A DNA stretch of 64,000 nucleotides from Octopus sinensis (Eukaryota), in assembly GCF_006345805.1 (NCBI RefSeq), contig NC_043008.1:67890001-67954000 (forward strand), given 5' to 3'. Each line of letters opens with the position of its first letter. Position 1 is the stretch's first letter. The notes under the pieces are model-generated. The model made no database searches. It saw only the letters and a program-made list of their open reading frames with translations, and was not told the origin of the DNA. Of the stretch, positions 1 to 11,932 are shown one piece after another. The position numbers and the translations under genes were made by a program.

Positions 1-2069
1 TATCAAAAATTTTCAGTGAAAGAAGTTCTTTGTTCAATACTCGCTGGCAATGTTTAAATTTTGTCAAAAAAGATAAATATTTCGTCATCTATGCCGGAGT
101 AGTTCATAGAAAGGGTGAGAAATTCAAATTGAATGAGTTAACCCCGGGTTTACTACAAGCAAAGACGCAGATATACGTTCCCAGATATTAACAAAATTAG
201 AACAAGACAAAAATTTTGTTTTACAGGCAGTAACAGAAGAATGTCAAAGGATCATTAATCTACGACATGACGCAAAATTGAAGAGAAAGATTGCTCGCGT
301 GTTCAAACCGGGATCGGATGAGAAAAGATATCAAGTCCGAATCCATGTTATGGGTGCGGTGATCTACATTTTAAAAATAATTGTCCGTTTAAAAATATAA
401 AATGCTACAAGTGTGGTAAAATAGGCCATAAAAAGTTGCACTGTAGAACAGAACCTAAAAAGCGGTTAAACGGATTATCGGTGACAAAAAATACGAACAA
501 GTCTCAAAGGAAAGTTGTGTTTGTAAACATTAATAACACAATCGTAAAGTTGCAATTAGATATCTCAATAGTTAACACAAATACATGGGAAAAAAATTGG
601 GATACCTAAATTAAATGAAACTTTGAAAATTGCCCGTGGTGTTTCAGGAAAAAAATTATATCTTAAGGAGAATTGATAAGTAACATTACATTTCGTGAAA
701 AAACCTTGAATGCTAAAGTTTCTGTGGTAAATAATACCACAAACTTATTTGATACTGACTGGGTGGAATTATTTAACTTATGGGTCCTCCCCAGTACAAA
801 TAAGTCGCCAAATGAATTGTAATTTTTATTTTAATTTTCCTGAAGTTCTGCCCGATAAATTAGGTCTGTGTACCAAAACGAAGGTACGGTTTCAAATACA
901 AGAAAACGCCATGCCGACATTTAAACAAAAATGAACGGTACCGTTCGCAGCGTTAGAACAGATAAACTTAGAGTTAGAGAGACTAGAAAAAATTGGAGTT
1001 ATTCAAAAACCAAAAAGAATAATAAAATCAGTGTGTTGATTTTTTTCCACTGGTTTAAACGAATGTCTTAAAAAGTTGCTATTACTTGCTACCTACTCGG
1101 GAGAATATTTATGCGAAATTAAACAGTGGGAAAATATTTTCTAAATTGGATCTCTCTGACACATACCTACAAATTAGAGTAGACGATGAATGCTCTAAAT
1201 AACTAACAGTTAACACACATAAAAGACTGTAGAAATACAACAGGTTACCATTTGGCTTAAAAGTCACACCAGCGAATTTTCAACAGATCATAGATGCAAT
1301 GTTAGCGGACTGTGAATTCGCCATTCCATATCTTGGTAATATACTCATTAAAAGCGAATCCAGAGATCAATGCATAAAGCACGTAAAATATATATTCGAA
1401 AAACTTAGGGATTACGGCTTTACTGTGAGTGAAGAAAAGTATAAATAAGTCAGAAAATCCTTGACAGAAATGGATGTCGACCAGACCCGTCGAGGGCAGA
1501 CGCAATTAAAAGTATGCCCTCTCCGACTAATATAGTGACCATACAAGTATTTTCAGAATTGGCAGATTATTACCAAAATTATATTCCGAATATGGATAAG
1601 GTGAGGGTTCCACTGAATAATCTGCTGAAAAAAGATATGAAAACTGTCAAAAGGCATTTGACGAAATTTTCAAAAATATTAACATCGGTTTTGTCGCTAG
1701 TGCACTTCGATCCTGCAGCGGAGGTTGTTGCAGCTTCAGGCGCTTCTGTGTACGGTATAGGAGTGCTAATGTATAGAAGTGGTAATGGAAACACTGGAAT
1801 TGAACCCTAAGCGGAAGGGATATTAAAACTCTGAGCAGAGTTCAATTCTCAAAGGGAAAGAAGATAGAGCAGACTGATTCGAAAAGTGGGAGAAGTTGTG
1901 GGTGGATTCCGACCACCCACTAAGTGACTAAAGGTGAATTTACTCGTTATTATAAAGTAAAGAACTGTGAGCGATTGGCAGTTTGTGTTGGCAGCAGTTT
2001 CACGAGTCTCGTGTAACAGTAATAGTAGTGCATTGTGTATAGACTTTCTTCCCCTGCTTCGATATATCA
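1..2069 (+). mobile_element. Degenerate Ty3/Gypsy LTR retrotransposon (gag-protease-RT-RNase H, integrase deleted, PPT and 3' LTR); 5' end lies outside the window
   Basis: Two zinc knuckles at 346-444 (CYGCGDLHFKNNC, CYKCGKIGHKKLHC); RT motifs KLDLSDTYLQI and RLPFGLK at ~1140-1265; RNase H HFDPAAEVVAASGASVYGIG (ORF 1514-1810); many stops and frameshifts; PPT AAAAGTGGGAGA at 1882-1893. Confidence 0.9.
1894..2069 (+). repeat. Probable 3' LTR of the Gypsy element (degenerate)
   Basis: Follows the PPT; begins (A)GTTGTGG and ends CGATATATCA, resembling the ends of the 42940-43203 LTR (TGTTGTGG...CGATACAACA on the minus strand). Confidence 0.5.
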
Positions 2070-2841
2070 GATATCGGATCTTTTCTTTTGAACGGCAGTT
2101 TTCAACACAATTTCTAGTTGACTAAACACTTCTAAACTTCGTATACTGGTAGAATGTGTCAAAACATTTTTTTCTCTTGGCTTTCTTGAGAAAATTGTAA
2201 TTTGTAAATTTAACGTAGTTTAATTTTTCGAATTTTAACCAATCGATGGCCTCTTTTGAGCTAAAATTATTTGCTGCGTCTAAAACTGAGACAACATCCT
2301 GTCACTGACCCTAACCCTAACCCTACACTAACCCCAACCCTAACCCTAACACTAACCCTAAATTTTAGCCTTTCGTTTTTTTTTCTTAATTGTTAAATTA
2401 ATTTAATTGTTACGCGTGTGTCTAAAATTATTCGTTTTGTTTTTGTTTTGAGATACACGTGTATTGTCTAAACTATTTTCCATTGCTTAAGAAAAAAAAA
2501 CGAAAGGCTAAAACGAAAGCAATAGAAAATAATTTCAACAATTAACAAAATAATTCTATAATTTTATACACACGCTTTCCGAACGTAAACATAACAGTGA
2601 CAGGATGCTGTCTCAGTTTTAGACGCAGCAAATGATTTTAGCTCAAAAGAGGCCATCGATTGGTTAAAATTCGAAAAATTAAACTACGTTAAACTTACAA
2701 ATTACAATTTTCTCAAGAAAGCCAAGAGAAAAAAATGTTTTATTTTGACACATTCTACCAGTATACGAAGTTTAGAAGTGTTTAGTCAACTAGAAATTGT
2801 GTTGAAAACTGCCGTTGAAAAGGAAAAGATGCCAGATATCT
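2070..2841. mobile_element. Non-autonomous DNA transposon (MITE/foldback) with ~240-bp terminal inverted repeats
   Basis: 2070-2308 is the near-perfect reverse complement of ~2594-2841 (e.g. GAACGGCAGTTTTCAACACAATTTCTAGTTGACTAAACAC); no ORF; internal CCCTAA tract. Confidence 0.85.
2309..2361 (+). repeat. Interstitial telomere-like (CCCTAA)n tract inside the MITE
   Basis: CCCTAACCCTAACCCTACACTAACCCCAACCCTAACCCTAACACTAACCCTAA. Confidence 0.9.
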
Positions 2842-2994
2842 AAAACAAGGATATAAAACATATATGTGTATGTGTATGTGTGTGTGAGTGGAAAGGGTGA
2901 TTAGGCAAACAAAGAAGGAAACACTCAACACATAATAGGAATTACATATATTATTATTCAAATCAATTTGATTTGTTTCCATGCAACTTAAAGT

Positions 2995-3230
2995 GTCGTA
3001 GGCTTCTTATAGAAACATAGCCCATTGGGACCCGGTAGCTGAATTGAGAGGTGCAGTAAGTCCAAGAATGGTTACCGGAAACTGAGCCGCTATTGGTCAA
3101 GGCGGGCCACATGGTGGTGTTAGAAGTGGAACTGAAATTCCAGCTACACCAAATACATTATAAAAGAGAGAATTTCTCGCAACGCATAGTTGAACAAGAA
3201 GCTGGTGGTGTCGAGTTTTTTTACTGGTTT
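2995..3230 (+). mobile_element. Penelope-like fragment, inverted relative to the 3780-4610 copy
   Basis: TAGGCTTCTTA...GTTAGAAGTGGAACTGAAATTCCA...CACCAAATACATT aligns with the reverse complement of ~4440-4605. Confidence 0.6.
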
Positions 3231-3779
3231 TTGAAAGGGACTTGCGCAACATCGAATACATGACCGAGGAGGGGGGAGTGTATATACCAGCTGTATGAGT
3301 GCGTGGATGTAGGTGCCTTGTGCCTTTACGTGTGTATTTGCTATGAGGGAAGCGATGCACGTGCGTGTAAATTCCCATGTGGGTGAGAGCTGATGGCATC
3401 AGCTCCTTGGTATGTACGTGCGTGTTTGCTTTATGTAGATATGAATGCAGGTGCATATCAGCCATGTGTGGGTACTCACGTAGTTTTATATGTGGGTGTA
3501 TGTGTATCAGTTGCGTGTGTACTGCGTGTGCGTATGTGTGTATGTGTATGTGTGTATTAGCGTGTGTTGTGTGCGCATACTTCCTAAAGGATGTGCATAT
3601 GGTGGTCGCGAGAATGTACATTCCTGTATTTGTTTAAGTATCAATGCACACGTGTTTATCATGGTAAAAATGTGTCCATGCTTACGAGTGTTTATATCTG
3701 TTTTGCGCGTGTGTGTATTTAAGTACTTCTGATAATTGTGCGTGTGGGTGTGGGTGGGTGCGCGCGCGCACCCACGAGT

Positions 3780-4609
3780 ATGGAAACGGTCATAAAGAGT
3801 TAAAGGGAATGCATAATGTTGGAAGGACGGTCTATGGTCTGCGCGGGCATCGGTGACTAAGTGTCCTGCCCTTGGTTATAGGGCAGCCAGTGTGCAGACG
3901 CAGCCAATGTTAAGGTGGTATATCTGCGGTATATAGGCGGCGAGCTGGCAGAACCGTTAGCACCCCGGGTTAAATGCGTAGCCGTATTTCGTCTGCCGTT
4001 ACGTTCTGAGTTCAAATTCCGCCAAGGTCGACTTTGCCTTTCATCCTTTCGGGGTCGATAAATTAAGTACCAGTTACGCACTGGGGGGTCGATGTAATCG
4101 ACTTAATCCGTTTGTCTGTCCTTGTTTGTCTCCTCTGTGTTTAGCCCCTTGTGGGTAGTAAAGAAATAGGTATATCTGGATTATGGGAGGATAGTGGCTT
4201 GAAGTTCAGCAGGAAGGCATACCTCAGATGGCAGTTCCTATTTCCTGATGACAGATACTGCAAGTTGATCGAGAACATGCAGTCTTTAGCGGAGGCAGGG
4301 CTGGCAATTGCGAGCGCCGGGTAAGTAAGGTAGGGACCTGTCGATGATGGTCCATTCCATGCTGGAGGAGTTATTCTGAAGATTCGGAAAGACTCCAGAT
4401 GAAGCGGGATATAGAGGAGGAATTCTTTCTATCTCTGCAGCTATATTTCAATGTATTTGGTGCAATTGGAATTTCAGTTCCACTTCTAACAGTACCATGT
4501 GACTCGCCTTGACCCATAGCAATCCAGTTTCAGATATACATCTTGGACTTTCTGCACCTCTCCATTCGGTTATCTGAGCCCGACGAGCTAGGTCTCTGTA
4601 AGAAGCCTA

Positions 4610-4610
<1 letters not shown>
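3780..4610 (-). pseudogene. Penelope-like element, GIY-YIG endonuclease C-terminus and 3' region, interrupted by a SINE
   Basis: Minus-strand translation NSSSISRFIWSL and MEWTIIDRSLPYLPGARNCQPCLR matches the PLE GIY-YIG pattern (LSKYIWxLK...WxIIxRAxxY...CxLC); contains stops. Confidence 0.7.
3936..4168 (+). mobile_element. tRNA-derived SINE family A (long-tail module B1)
   Basis: GGCGGCGAGCTGGCAGAA head, B-box-like GAGTTCAAATTCC, CCTTTCGGGGTCGATAAA core, tail GTAGTAAAGAAATA; GGTATATCTG at 3917-3926 and 4169-4178 is a probable TSD. Confidence 0.9.
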
Positions 4611-4647
<37 letters not shown>

Positions 4648-4724
4648 TGTGTGTGTACTTCTCTCCGCCCTACTTATATTTAAACGAGACTATCAACAGT
4701 CTATCATTAGTATGGCGCGCAATT

Positions 4725-4934
4725 GGTTTCAAATTTTGGCACAAGGCCAGCAATTTCACAGGAGAAGTTAAGTCGATTATATCGACCCAGTATTCATTTG
4801 GTACCTATTTAATTGACCTCGAAAGGATGAAAGGCAAAGTCGACCTGGGCGAAATTAGAACTGAAAACGTAAAGATGGACAAAATGTCGCTAAGCATTTT
4901 GCCCGGCATGCTAAAGATTCTGCCAGCCCGCCGC
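4725..4934 (-). mobile_element. SINE family A (short-tail module B2), diverged
   Basis: Same head and core as 3936 in reverse; tail GGCCTTGTGCCAAAATTTGAAAC. Confidence 0.85.
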
Positions 4935-5345
4935 TTTAGTTTATTACTCATGGTTGAGAACAAAAAGTGCTTCCATTTAAATTAATTTAAATTAATTTAT
5001 ACTAATTAATTATGTATCTTAAATGCGAAATTATGCAATTAATCACGTTTATTTCTAATAAAACAGCTGCTGAAAATAAATAAATTATGAACTACCAGTG
5101 AAATGTATTTTCCGCCTACCATTCTCTCTCTCTCTCTCTCTATCTTTCTTTCTCTCTTTCTCCCCCCTCTCTCTCTCACACACACACACTCTATATATAC
5201 TAATGTAGAATATATTAATATAGAACTGTCATCTTACAACCCAGATTAATGGTAGAATTGTTTTCATTATAACTGAACATAAAAGCAATCATTAATATAA
5301 ATGCGTGTGGGGAACGTGTATGATTATTCATGAGTGTGTGTGTGT

Positions 5346-5421
<76 letters not shown>

Positions 5422-6239
5422 AACAGATGGATAATGTGTCAATCCACAACTGCAGCTGGTTCCAGCGAGTTTTTTTTTATTGATTAATGGAGAAATTACA
5501 TCCTTAGAAAAAAAACGTTTACATGAGGTGAATATATGAATTACAACATCCAAAACCATTCGTCAACCAACAGATTGTGTCACTTCATGATTCTATGACC
5601 AGTGTCGGTCATAAGAATGAATTTGTTTATTCAGTTTGGTAGTAATATAGGAAAAAATACTATGATGTCAGACACGGGTAAGGAGGTAACAAAGATTTAT
5701 ATCAATGAAGGAGGCTAGAGGATGGCGTACGGGGAAAATCAGATAGTGAAGCATCTCGCCCCAACAACAAAGATAAACTTAATTTCTTTTATCTTTTACT
5801 TCTATACAACAAGAGATTTGGAGGCTAAGTTCAAACTTGAATATTTATTTATTTGACATCCTGCTATCTGCTCCCTTTAAGGCTGGAAACATCTATAAAA
5901 GAAAGCGACAGTAAGTCTAAGATGCACTGATTCGGGAGAGGATATCAAATAAGAAGAGTGACCATCATATCGTTAATTAGACAAATAAAGAAATATACGA
6001 TGAAAAGTATACAATAAAAAGTATATGAAAGCAAATGGATAATAATGAAAAAATATTGAATTATAATATAAAATTTCCTAGATTAGCCTTAAAATTGCTT
6101 TCCTTCTGTAGTTCGGTACCTGTGTATGTATTCCACTACTTTTGTTGTGTACGCATTTTATTTTTCGACCTGACCTGGTACCTTACCATTTAAGTGCCTG
6201 TTTCACTCGAATCCTGATTTATTGTGTGTGTGTGTGTGT

Positions 6240-6297
<58 letters not shown>

Positions 6298-6495
6298 CGT
6301 GCGTGTATTCCTCATTTATATACCTTTTCATTCCTACAAAACTACAATAATCTTAAGATAGATTGATCATTTAAATTCCACTATTATTTCTTTTTTGATA
6401 ATTTTCTCTTTCCTCTGTTTATACCTTATCTAATAAGAATAATATAATACACGTTATAATGATGATAATAATTGATTACTTTGTATGCATATACA

Positions 6496-6891
6496 TGGTA
6501 AGTAGCTTGCTAACCAACCACATGGTTCCGGGTTCAGTCCCACTGCGTGGCATCTTGGGCAAGTGTCTTCTGCTATAGCCCCGGGCCGACCAATGCCTTG
6601 TGAGTGGATTTGGTAGACGGAAACTGAAAGAAGCCTGTCGTATATATGTATATATATATGTGTGTATGTGTATGTGTGTGTGTGTGTTTGTCCCCCTAGC
6701 ATTGCTTGACAACCGATGCTGGTGTGTTTACGTCCCCGTCACCTAGCGGTTCGGCAAAAGAGACCGATAGAATAAGTACTGGGCTTACAAAGAATAAGTC
6801 CCGGGGTCGATTTGCTCGACTAAAGGCGGTGCTCCAGCATGGCCGCAGTCAAATGACTGAAACAAGTAAAAGTGTAAAAGAGTAAAAGAGT
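6496..6891 (+). mobile_element. tRNA-derived SINE family B with internal microsatellite
   Basis: GGTTCCGGGTTCAGTCCC B-box, CTTGGGCAAGTGTCTT, internal (TA/TG)n, tail GACTGAAACAAGTAAAAG(AGTAAAAG)n; matches the copies at 12531, 32287, 37448, 50266 and 63036. Confidence 0.9.
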
Positions 6892-7005
6892 ATATAAATG
6901 TATAGATGTGTATTTGTGTATATTTATGCATATGTATGTATATGTAAAAGTGTGTATATATGAATGTATTTATATTTATAACTTAACCTTATGAACTTGC
7001 TAAAC

Positions 7006-7127
7006 TCTCTGACGAAGCCCAGAGTCACACCCATTTACCTTAATCTTATCTACCAAATACTTCAGTTCACTGTAGGGATGGAAATAAAGTAGGGTACTAT
7101 GACCTCTTGGCTGAAACAGCTGTAAGA
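7006..7127 (+). ncRNA. Type-I hammerhead ribozyme motif (PLE-type) with extended stem II
   Basis: TCT-CTGACGA(7009-7015)-AGCCCAGAGTCA...TGACCTCTTGGCT-GAAA(7113-7116)-CAGCTG-TA-AGA; stem III region ACAGCTGT is a perfect palindrome; GUA cleavage triplet; stem I only 3 bp. Confidence 0.7.
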
Positions 7128-7759
7128 AACTATTCTGCTTTCTATGTTCTACGTTATATATTTTTATAATTACTGGTATTTTTATATATGTAAATCATAA
7201 TATGTTATACATGTATGTATATTGATATAATTGGGGGTTTTTTTTAAATAAACATAATATAATGTCTAGAAGTTGATGAATACCACCTCTTGATCCCCTC
7301 CATTTTCTTATTGTCGTTTGTATGTATGTATATATATTCATTCACACACATAGATATACATATATACATATATATGTATGTGTGTGTATGTATGTATGTA
7401 TGTATGTATGTATGTATGTATGTATGTATGTATGTATGAATGAATGAATGAATGTTTGATGTAGTCACAATATTTAAAGAAAGATTTTCTTAAGTTAAAA
7501 ATTTTATAAGTATATTTATTATAAAAAACAGAATGACACAAATCTTAAGTAAAGAATCGCTCTTAAGGTGAAAACGGTTCCGCTGTTAACAGCTTTTCAA
7601 ACACATACACATGCATGTATGTATGCATGTATGCATGTATGTATGCATGTATGTATGTATTATGTATGTATGCATGTATGCATGTATGTATGCATGTATT
7701 ATGTATGCACGTTTATATGTGATATTTGGTGGATGCGAAAGTTTGACGTCGCTGGCCTC

Positions 7760-8630
7760 ATCTGTGTTTTTTACCTAGAGGTAGGTTCATCTGGAACTCT
7801 TGACAGAAGGAGACCTAGTTTCGTTATGAAAAAGCCTACATCCACGCCTTGGAGATCTTTCAGGCTATGTGGGAGAATATTGAAGAGTTGTGGGCCTTTG
7901 AAGCCCAAGCTTTGGCAGTATCTGGTCCTGTATCCTGATGACAATGTTGGGATCTTTGATACCATGCAGCAACATTCCGTCCTGCTGTTTGTACAAGTGA
8001 CCATGCCAAAGTTTAAAACAAGTTTTTCTAGGATTTTCCAGGTGTATATTACTGCATATCTTTCCCGCCTTTACTCCAAGGAGTAGAGTTTTAACTCTTT
8101 CAGTCTCTCCCAGTAGCTGATATGTCACATTGTATCGATCTTCCGTGTGTAGCTTCACTGGATCGTCTCGAGTTCCGTCGTTAATTTTACACTGTTTGGT
8201 AACCACATTTAGGAGCAGTAATCCAAACGGCTGAGAACAAAAGTTCTCCAGAGGACCATCATAGTTTCCTTTTCTCTTGTTTTGAAAATTCGAAGGATCC
8301 ACCCGGCCAGACATCTGCATTTCATTGCCAACTTGGTAAGATGCATCATTACCCATGTCGATACCCAGGTCACGCACTGATTTTGATTCGGAGATTGGAA
8401 TCCCATCTATCTAATTTTTCATTGAGCTTTCTCTGGTGGGAGTGCAAGGCTTGGATTTTTTCGACATTAAACCGCATGTTATTTTCCTCAGCCCACCTAT
8501 ATATTGCGTCCAACTCAGGGTTCTGCATCCTCTGAGAGTCTTTTGTATCGTCTGCATAGCTGGCAAGGGTAGCTATTTGAGCAGCTGGCGGGGGGTATTA
8601 GAAAGGCCCACTGTGAATAAAAGTGGCCCC
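7760..8630 (-). pseudogene. CR1-clade LINE 3' fragment (RT end and C-terminal region)
   Basis: AGWILRIFKTREKETMMVLWRTFVLSRLDYCS (ORF 8209-8406) and FKGPQLFNILP...DVGFFITKLGLLLSRVPDEP (ORF 7771-8004); frameshifted. Confidence 0.85.
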
Positions 8631-8635
8631 AGGAC

Positions 8636-8676
<41 letters not shown>

Positions 8677-8681
<5 letters not shown>

Positions 8682-8827
8682 AGAGTTTACGAAGAAACAA
8701 CAAAAGACGAAGACAGGTGGTGTACAAAACAAACAGATGTATTAGTATAACACTCAGGAATACAAAAAGTCTTTTACGTTTCGAGCCTACGCTCTTCTAC
8801 AGAAAGGGACACAGAAAAACAAGGATG

Positions 8828-8867
<40 letters not shown>

Positions 8868-8960
8868 CATCTAATATAGGATAAAATTTTTGGAAAATTT
8901 TATCAATGGCCAGCATAAATTTATAAACAACTTATAAACAAGGGCATACCCTTGTTTATA
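8677..8960 (-). mobile_element. Penelope-like terminal fragments between (TA)n tracts
   Basis: 8677-8825 matches 42008-42150 and 16740-16850; 8870-8915 matches the reverse complement of the 53485-53524 repeat. Confidence 0.6.
8771..8806 (-). ncRNA. Minimal hammerhead-like motif with variant core CUGUAGA
   Basis: Minus strand: CTTT-CTGTAGA-A-GAGC-GTAG-GCTC-GAAA-CG-TA-AAAG; stem I 4 bp, stem II 4 bp, palindromic ACGT stem III. Confidence 0.55.
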
Positions 8961-8963
8961 AGT

Positions 8964-9038
<75 letters not shown>

Positions 9039-9039
9039 T

Positions 9040-9190
9040 AACTTAGCGGTTCGGCAAAAGACACTGATACAATAAGTACTGGGCTTACAAAGAATAAGTC
9101 CTGGGGTCGATTTCTTCGACTAAAATCCTTTAAGGCGGTGCTCCAACATGGCCGCAATCAAATATGACTGAAACAAGTAAAAGAGTAAAA
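9040..9190 (+). mobile_element. SINE family B, 5'-truncated
   Basis: ACTTAGCGGTTCGGCAAAAGA...GACTGAAACAAGTAAAAGAG tail only. Confidence 0.85.
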
Positions 9191-9435
9191 TAATATATAT
9201 GCGTACATCTGTATACTTAAACATATGTATCTGCGTATATGTGTATAAACACAACTGGCATAATATATACACAAAGATAACTTATCTACAACCAATATAC
9301 GACAGTGTTTATGCTTGTTTACATATGTTTGTTTACATGCGTACGTGGGTGCACCCTAATGAACTTTCCTTACATTGCTCTTGGTGTTTATACATAAATA
9401 AATAATTTATGTATTATTATATACATATATATATT

Positions 9436-9483
<48 letters not shown>

Positions 9484-9511
9484 TGTATGTATGTATGTAT
9501 GCATATATATA

Positions 9512-9557
<46 letters not shown>

Positions 9558-9637
9558 GCGTATTTTCTGTATATATATATATATATATGTGTGTGTATGT
9601 ATGCATATATATATATAGATACATATATACTCTCTCT

Positions 9638-9987
9638 CGCCCTTTTAAAGCCTAGCCAAGCTCATGGGCCCGGTTTCCCGGTTTCTGTGGCGTATATGCT
9701 CCCCCCAGCTGGACGGGACGCCAGTCCATCGCAGAAATAAATGCGCCCTTTTAAAGCCTAGCTAGGCCATGGGCCCGGTTCCCGGTTTCAATGGCGTATG
9801 TGTTCCCTAGCTGGACGGGACGCCAGTCCATCGCAGCGTTACTCATTTTTGCTAGCTGAGTGGACTGGAGCAACGTGAAATGAAGTGTTTTGCTCAAAAA
9901 CACAACGCGTTGCCCGCTCCAGGAATCGAAACCACAATCTTACGATCATGATGCTGACACCCTAAAGACTAAGCCATGCGCCTCCAC
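9638..9987 (-). mobile_element. SINE family C (tRNA-Arg-like head, tail type 1) with an extra tandem copy of its 3' end at 9638-9735
   Basis: Minus strand GTGGAGGCGCATGGCTTAGT...GGTTTCGATTCC...GCGATGGACTGGCGTCCC...GGCTTTAAAAGGGCG; the tail is present twice. Confidence 0.85.
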
Positions 9988-10442
9988 ACATATATAGTTA
10001 TGCGTACGTATATGTGAAAGTGAGAGCGCATGCACATATTCACACACACATGCACAAATACACACACATACATACATAGACACACACACACACACAAGGG
10101 TTTGTACAATGTTCCCATCAATCGAATGCCGCTCACAAAGCATTTATGAAACTAAGACCCACATAAGAGATGCTTGTTCGTGGTGGTACGCTATGGAATC
10201 GAACGAAGAACTATGTATTTGCGAAGGGGTCTTCTTACCCATGCGACAGTTCCTATAGTCAATCTTGATATAAACTTTAGAGATTTCATTTACTTTTAAT
10301 TCTCTGTATAAATCGATGGCAGCTTCATCTTCCCAAGACACAGCTTATCAGATTATGGTTTTTTTACACCACGAAACTAATTTTTAGCTCGAATGTAAAT
10401 TTTGTGTGTGCTGTGGGAGTGTATATGTGTGAGTGTTTTATA

Positions 10443-10469
10443 TTTCTACACACACACACACACACACAC

Positions 10470-10565
<96 letters not shown>

Positions 10566-10572
10566 TAGATAG

Positions 10573-10627
<55 letters not shown>

Positions 10628-10758
10628 TCTTTAAAATCCTTTAAAATGTTTCAGCCCTAAAGCTGCGGCCATGCTGGGGCACCACATATATGTATGTATG
10701 TTTATACGAATGTACGAAGGTGAAGAAGTAATATCTCTCCGAGTTTTAATTTAGATGA

Positions 10759-10840
<82 letters not shown>

Positions 10841-10860
10841 CGTCGTCGTCGTCGTCGATA
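10443..10860. repeat. Compound microsatellites (CA)n/(TA)n/(GATA)n and (TAG)n/(GTC)n
   Basis: Direct reading; a small family-B tail fragment lies between them at ~10640-10685. Confidence 0.95.
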
Positions 10861-11113
10861 TTTTTATTATTATTTTTATTGTTGTTATTTATAACCATCG
10901 ACACTGTTGATAACTAAATGCTTTTCTTTAAGGAGGAAAACGCCTCGTTACGTGACAAGTCAGTCGGAGGATGTTTGAAATATTGAAATATAAATAGTAA
11001 GGGTCTCGAGAGGAGGAGGGTATAACCATAGTAGTGAATTGTGAGTAATAGGATACTGTTATACGTGCAATACTGGAAATGGCGTATATGTGTGCATATG
11101 AGTGTAGATATGT

Positions 11114-11166
<53 letters not shown>

Positions 11167-11354
11167 TACACATACACACATACACACACACGTATATATA
11201 GAAACACGCATTCACACACACAATCACACACGCACATATATATACATATATGTGTGTAAATATATATATATATATATACATATATATAATTATACGTATA
11301 TATATATACACACACTTATAAATAGATAGATACTCTGTGTTTGTGTGTGTGTGG

Positions 11355-11442
<88 letters not shown>

Positions 11443-11465
11443 TATGTATGTATGTATGTATGTAT
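11355..11465. repeat. (GCGT)n followed by (ATGT)n microsatellite
   Basis: Direct reading. Confidence 0.95.
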
Positions 11466-11683
11466 GTACTGACTTGTCTTATACACCCAGTCCTCACCGG
11501 ACTCTTCCACTCTCTTCTTAACTTGACTCCTGCCAGCCTCTTTGATCAGATCCTGTTTACCGTTGTAACGAGTGTTAACCTTGCATCTCCACGAATCTGA
11601 ACGACCTACTTCTTGTATAGTTTACTTCTCGATCTGAAATTTAGACGATATCGAAGGAATGCCAGTGTTACGTATCTTTGTAA

Positions 11684-11828
11684 GCCTAGTACTTATTCTA
11701 TCGGTCTCTTTTGCCGAACCGCTGAGTTACGGGGACGTAAACACGCCACCATCGGTTGTCAAGCGATGTTGGGGGGGGGGGACAAATACAGACACACAAA
11801 CACATACATACATACATACATACATACA

Positions 11829-11864
<36 letters not shown>

Positions 11865-11932
11865 CACATACATGCATATATACGACGGGCTTCTTTCAGT
11901 TTCCGTCTACCAAATCCACTCACAAGGCTTTG
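11684..11932 (-). mobile_element. SINE family B, internal fragment
   Basis: Reverse complement of the family-B body with an internal (TATG)n; head and tail are missing. Confidence 0.85.
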
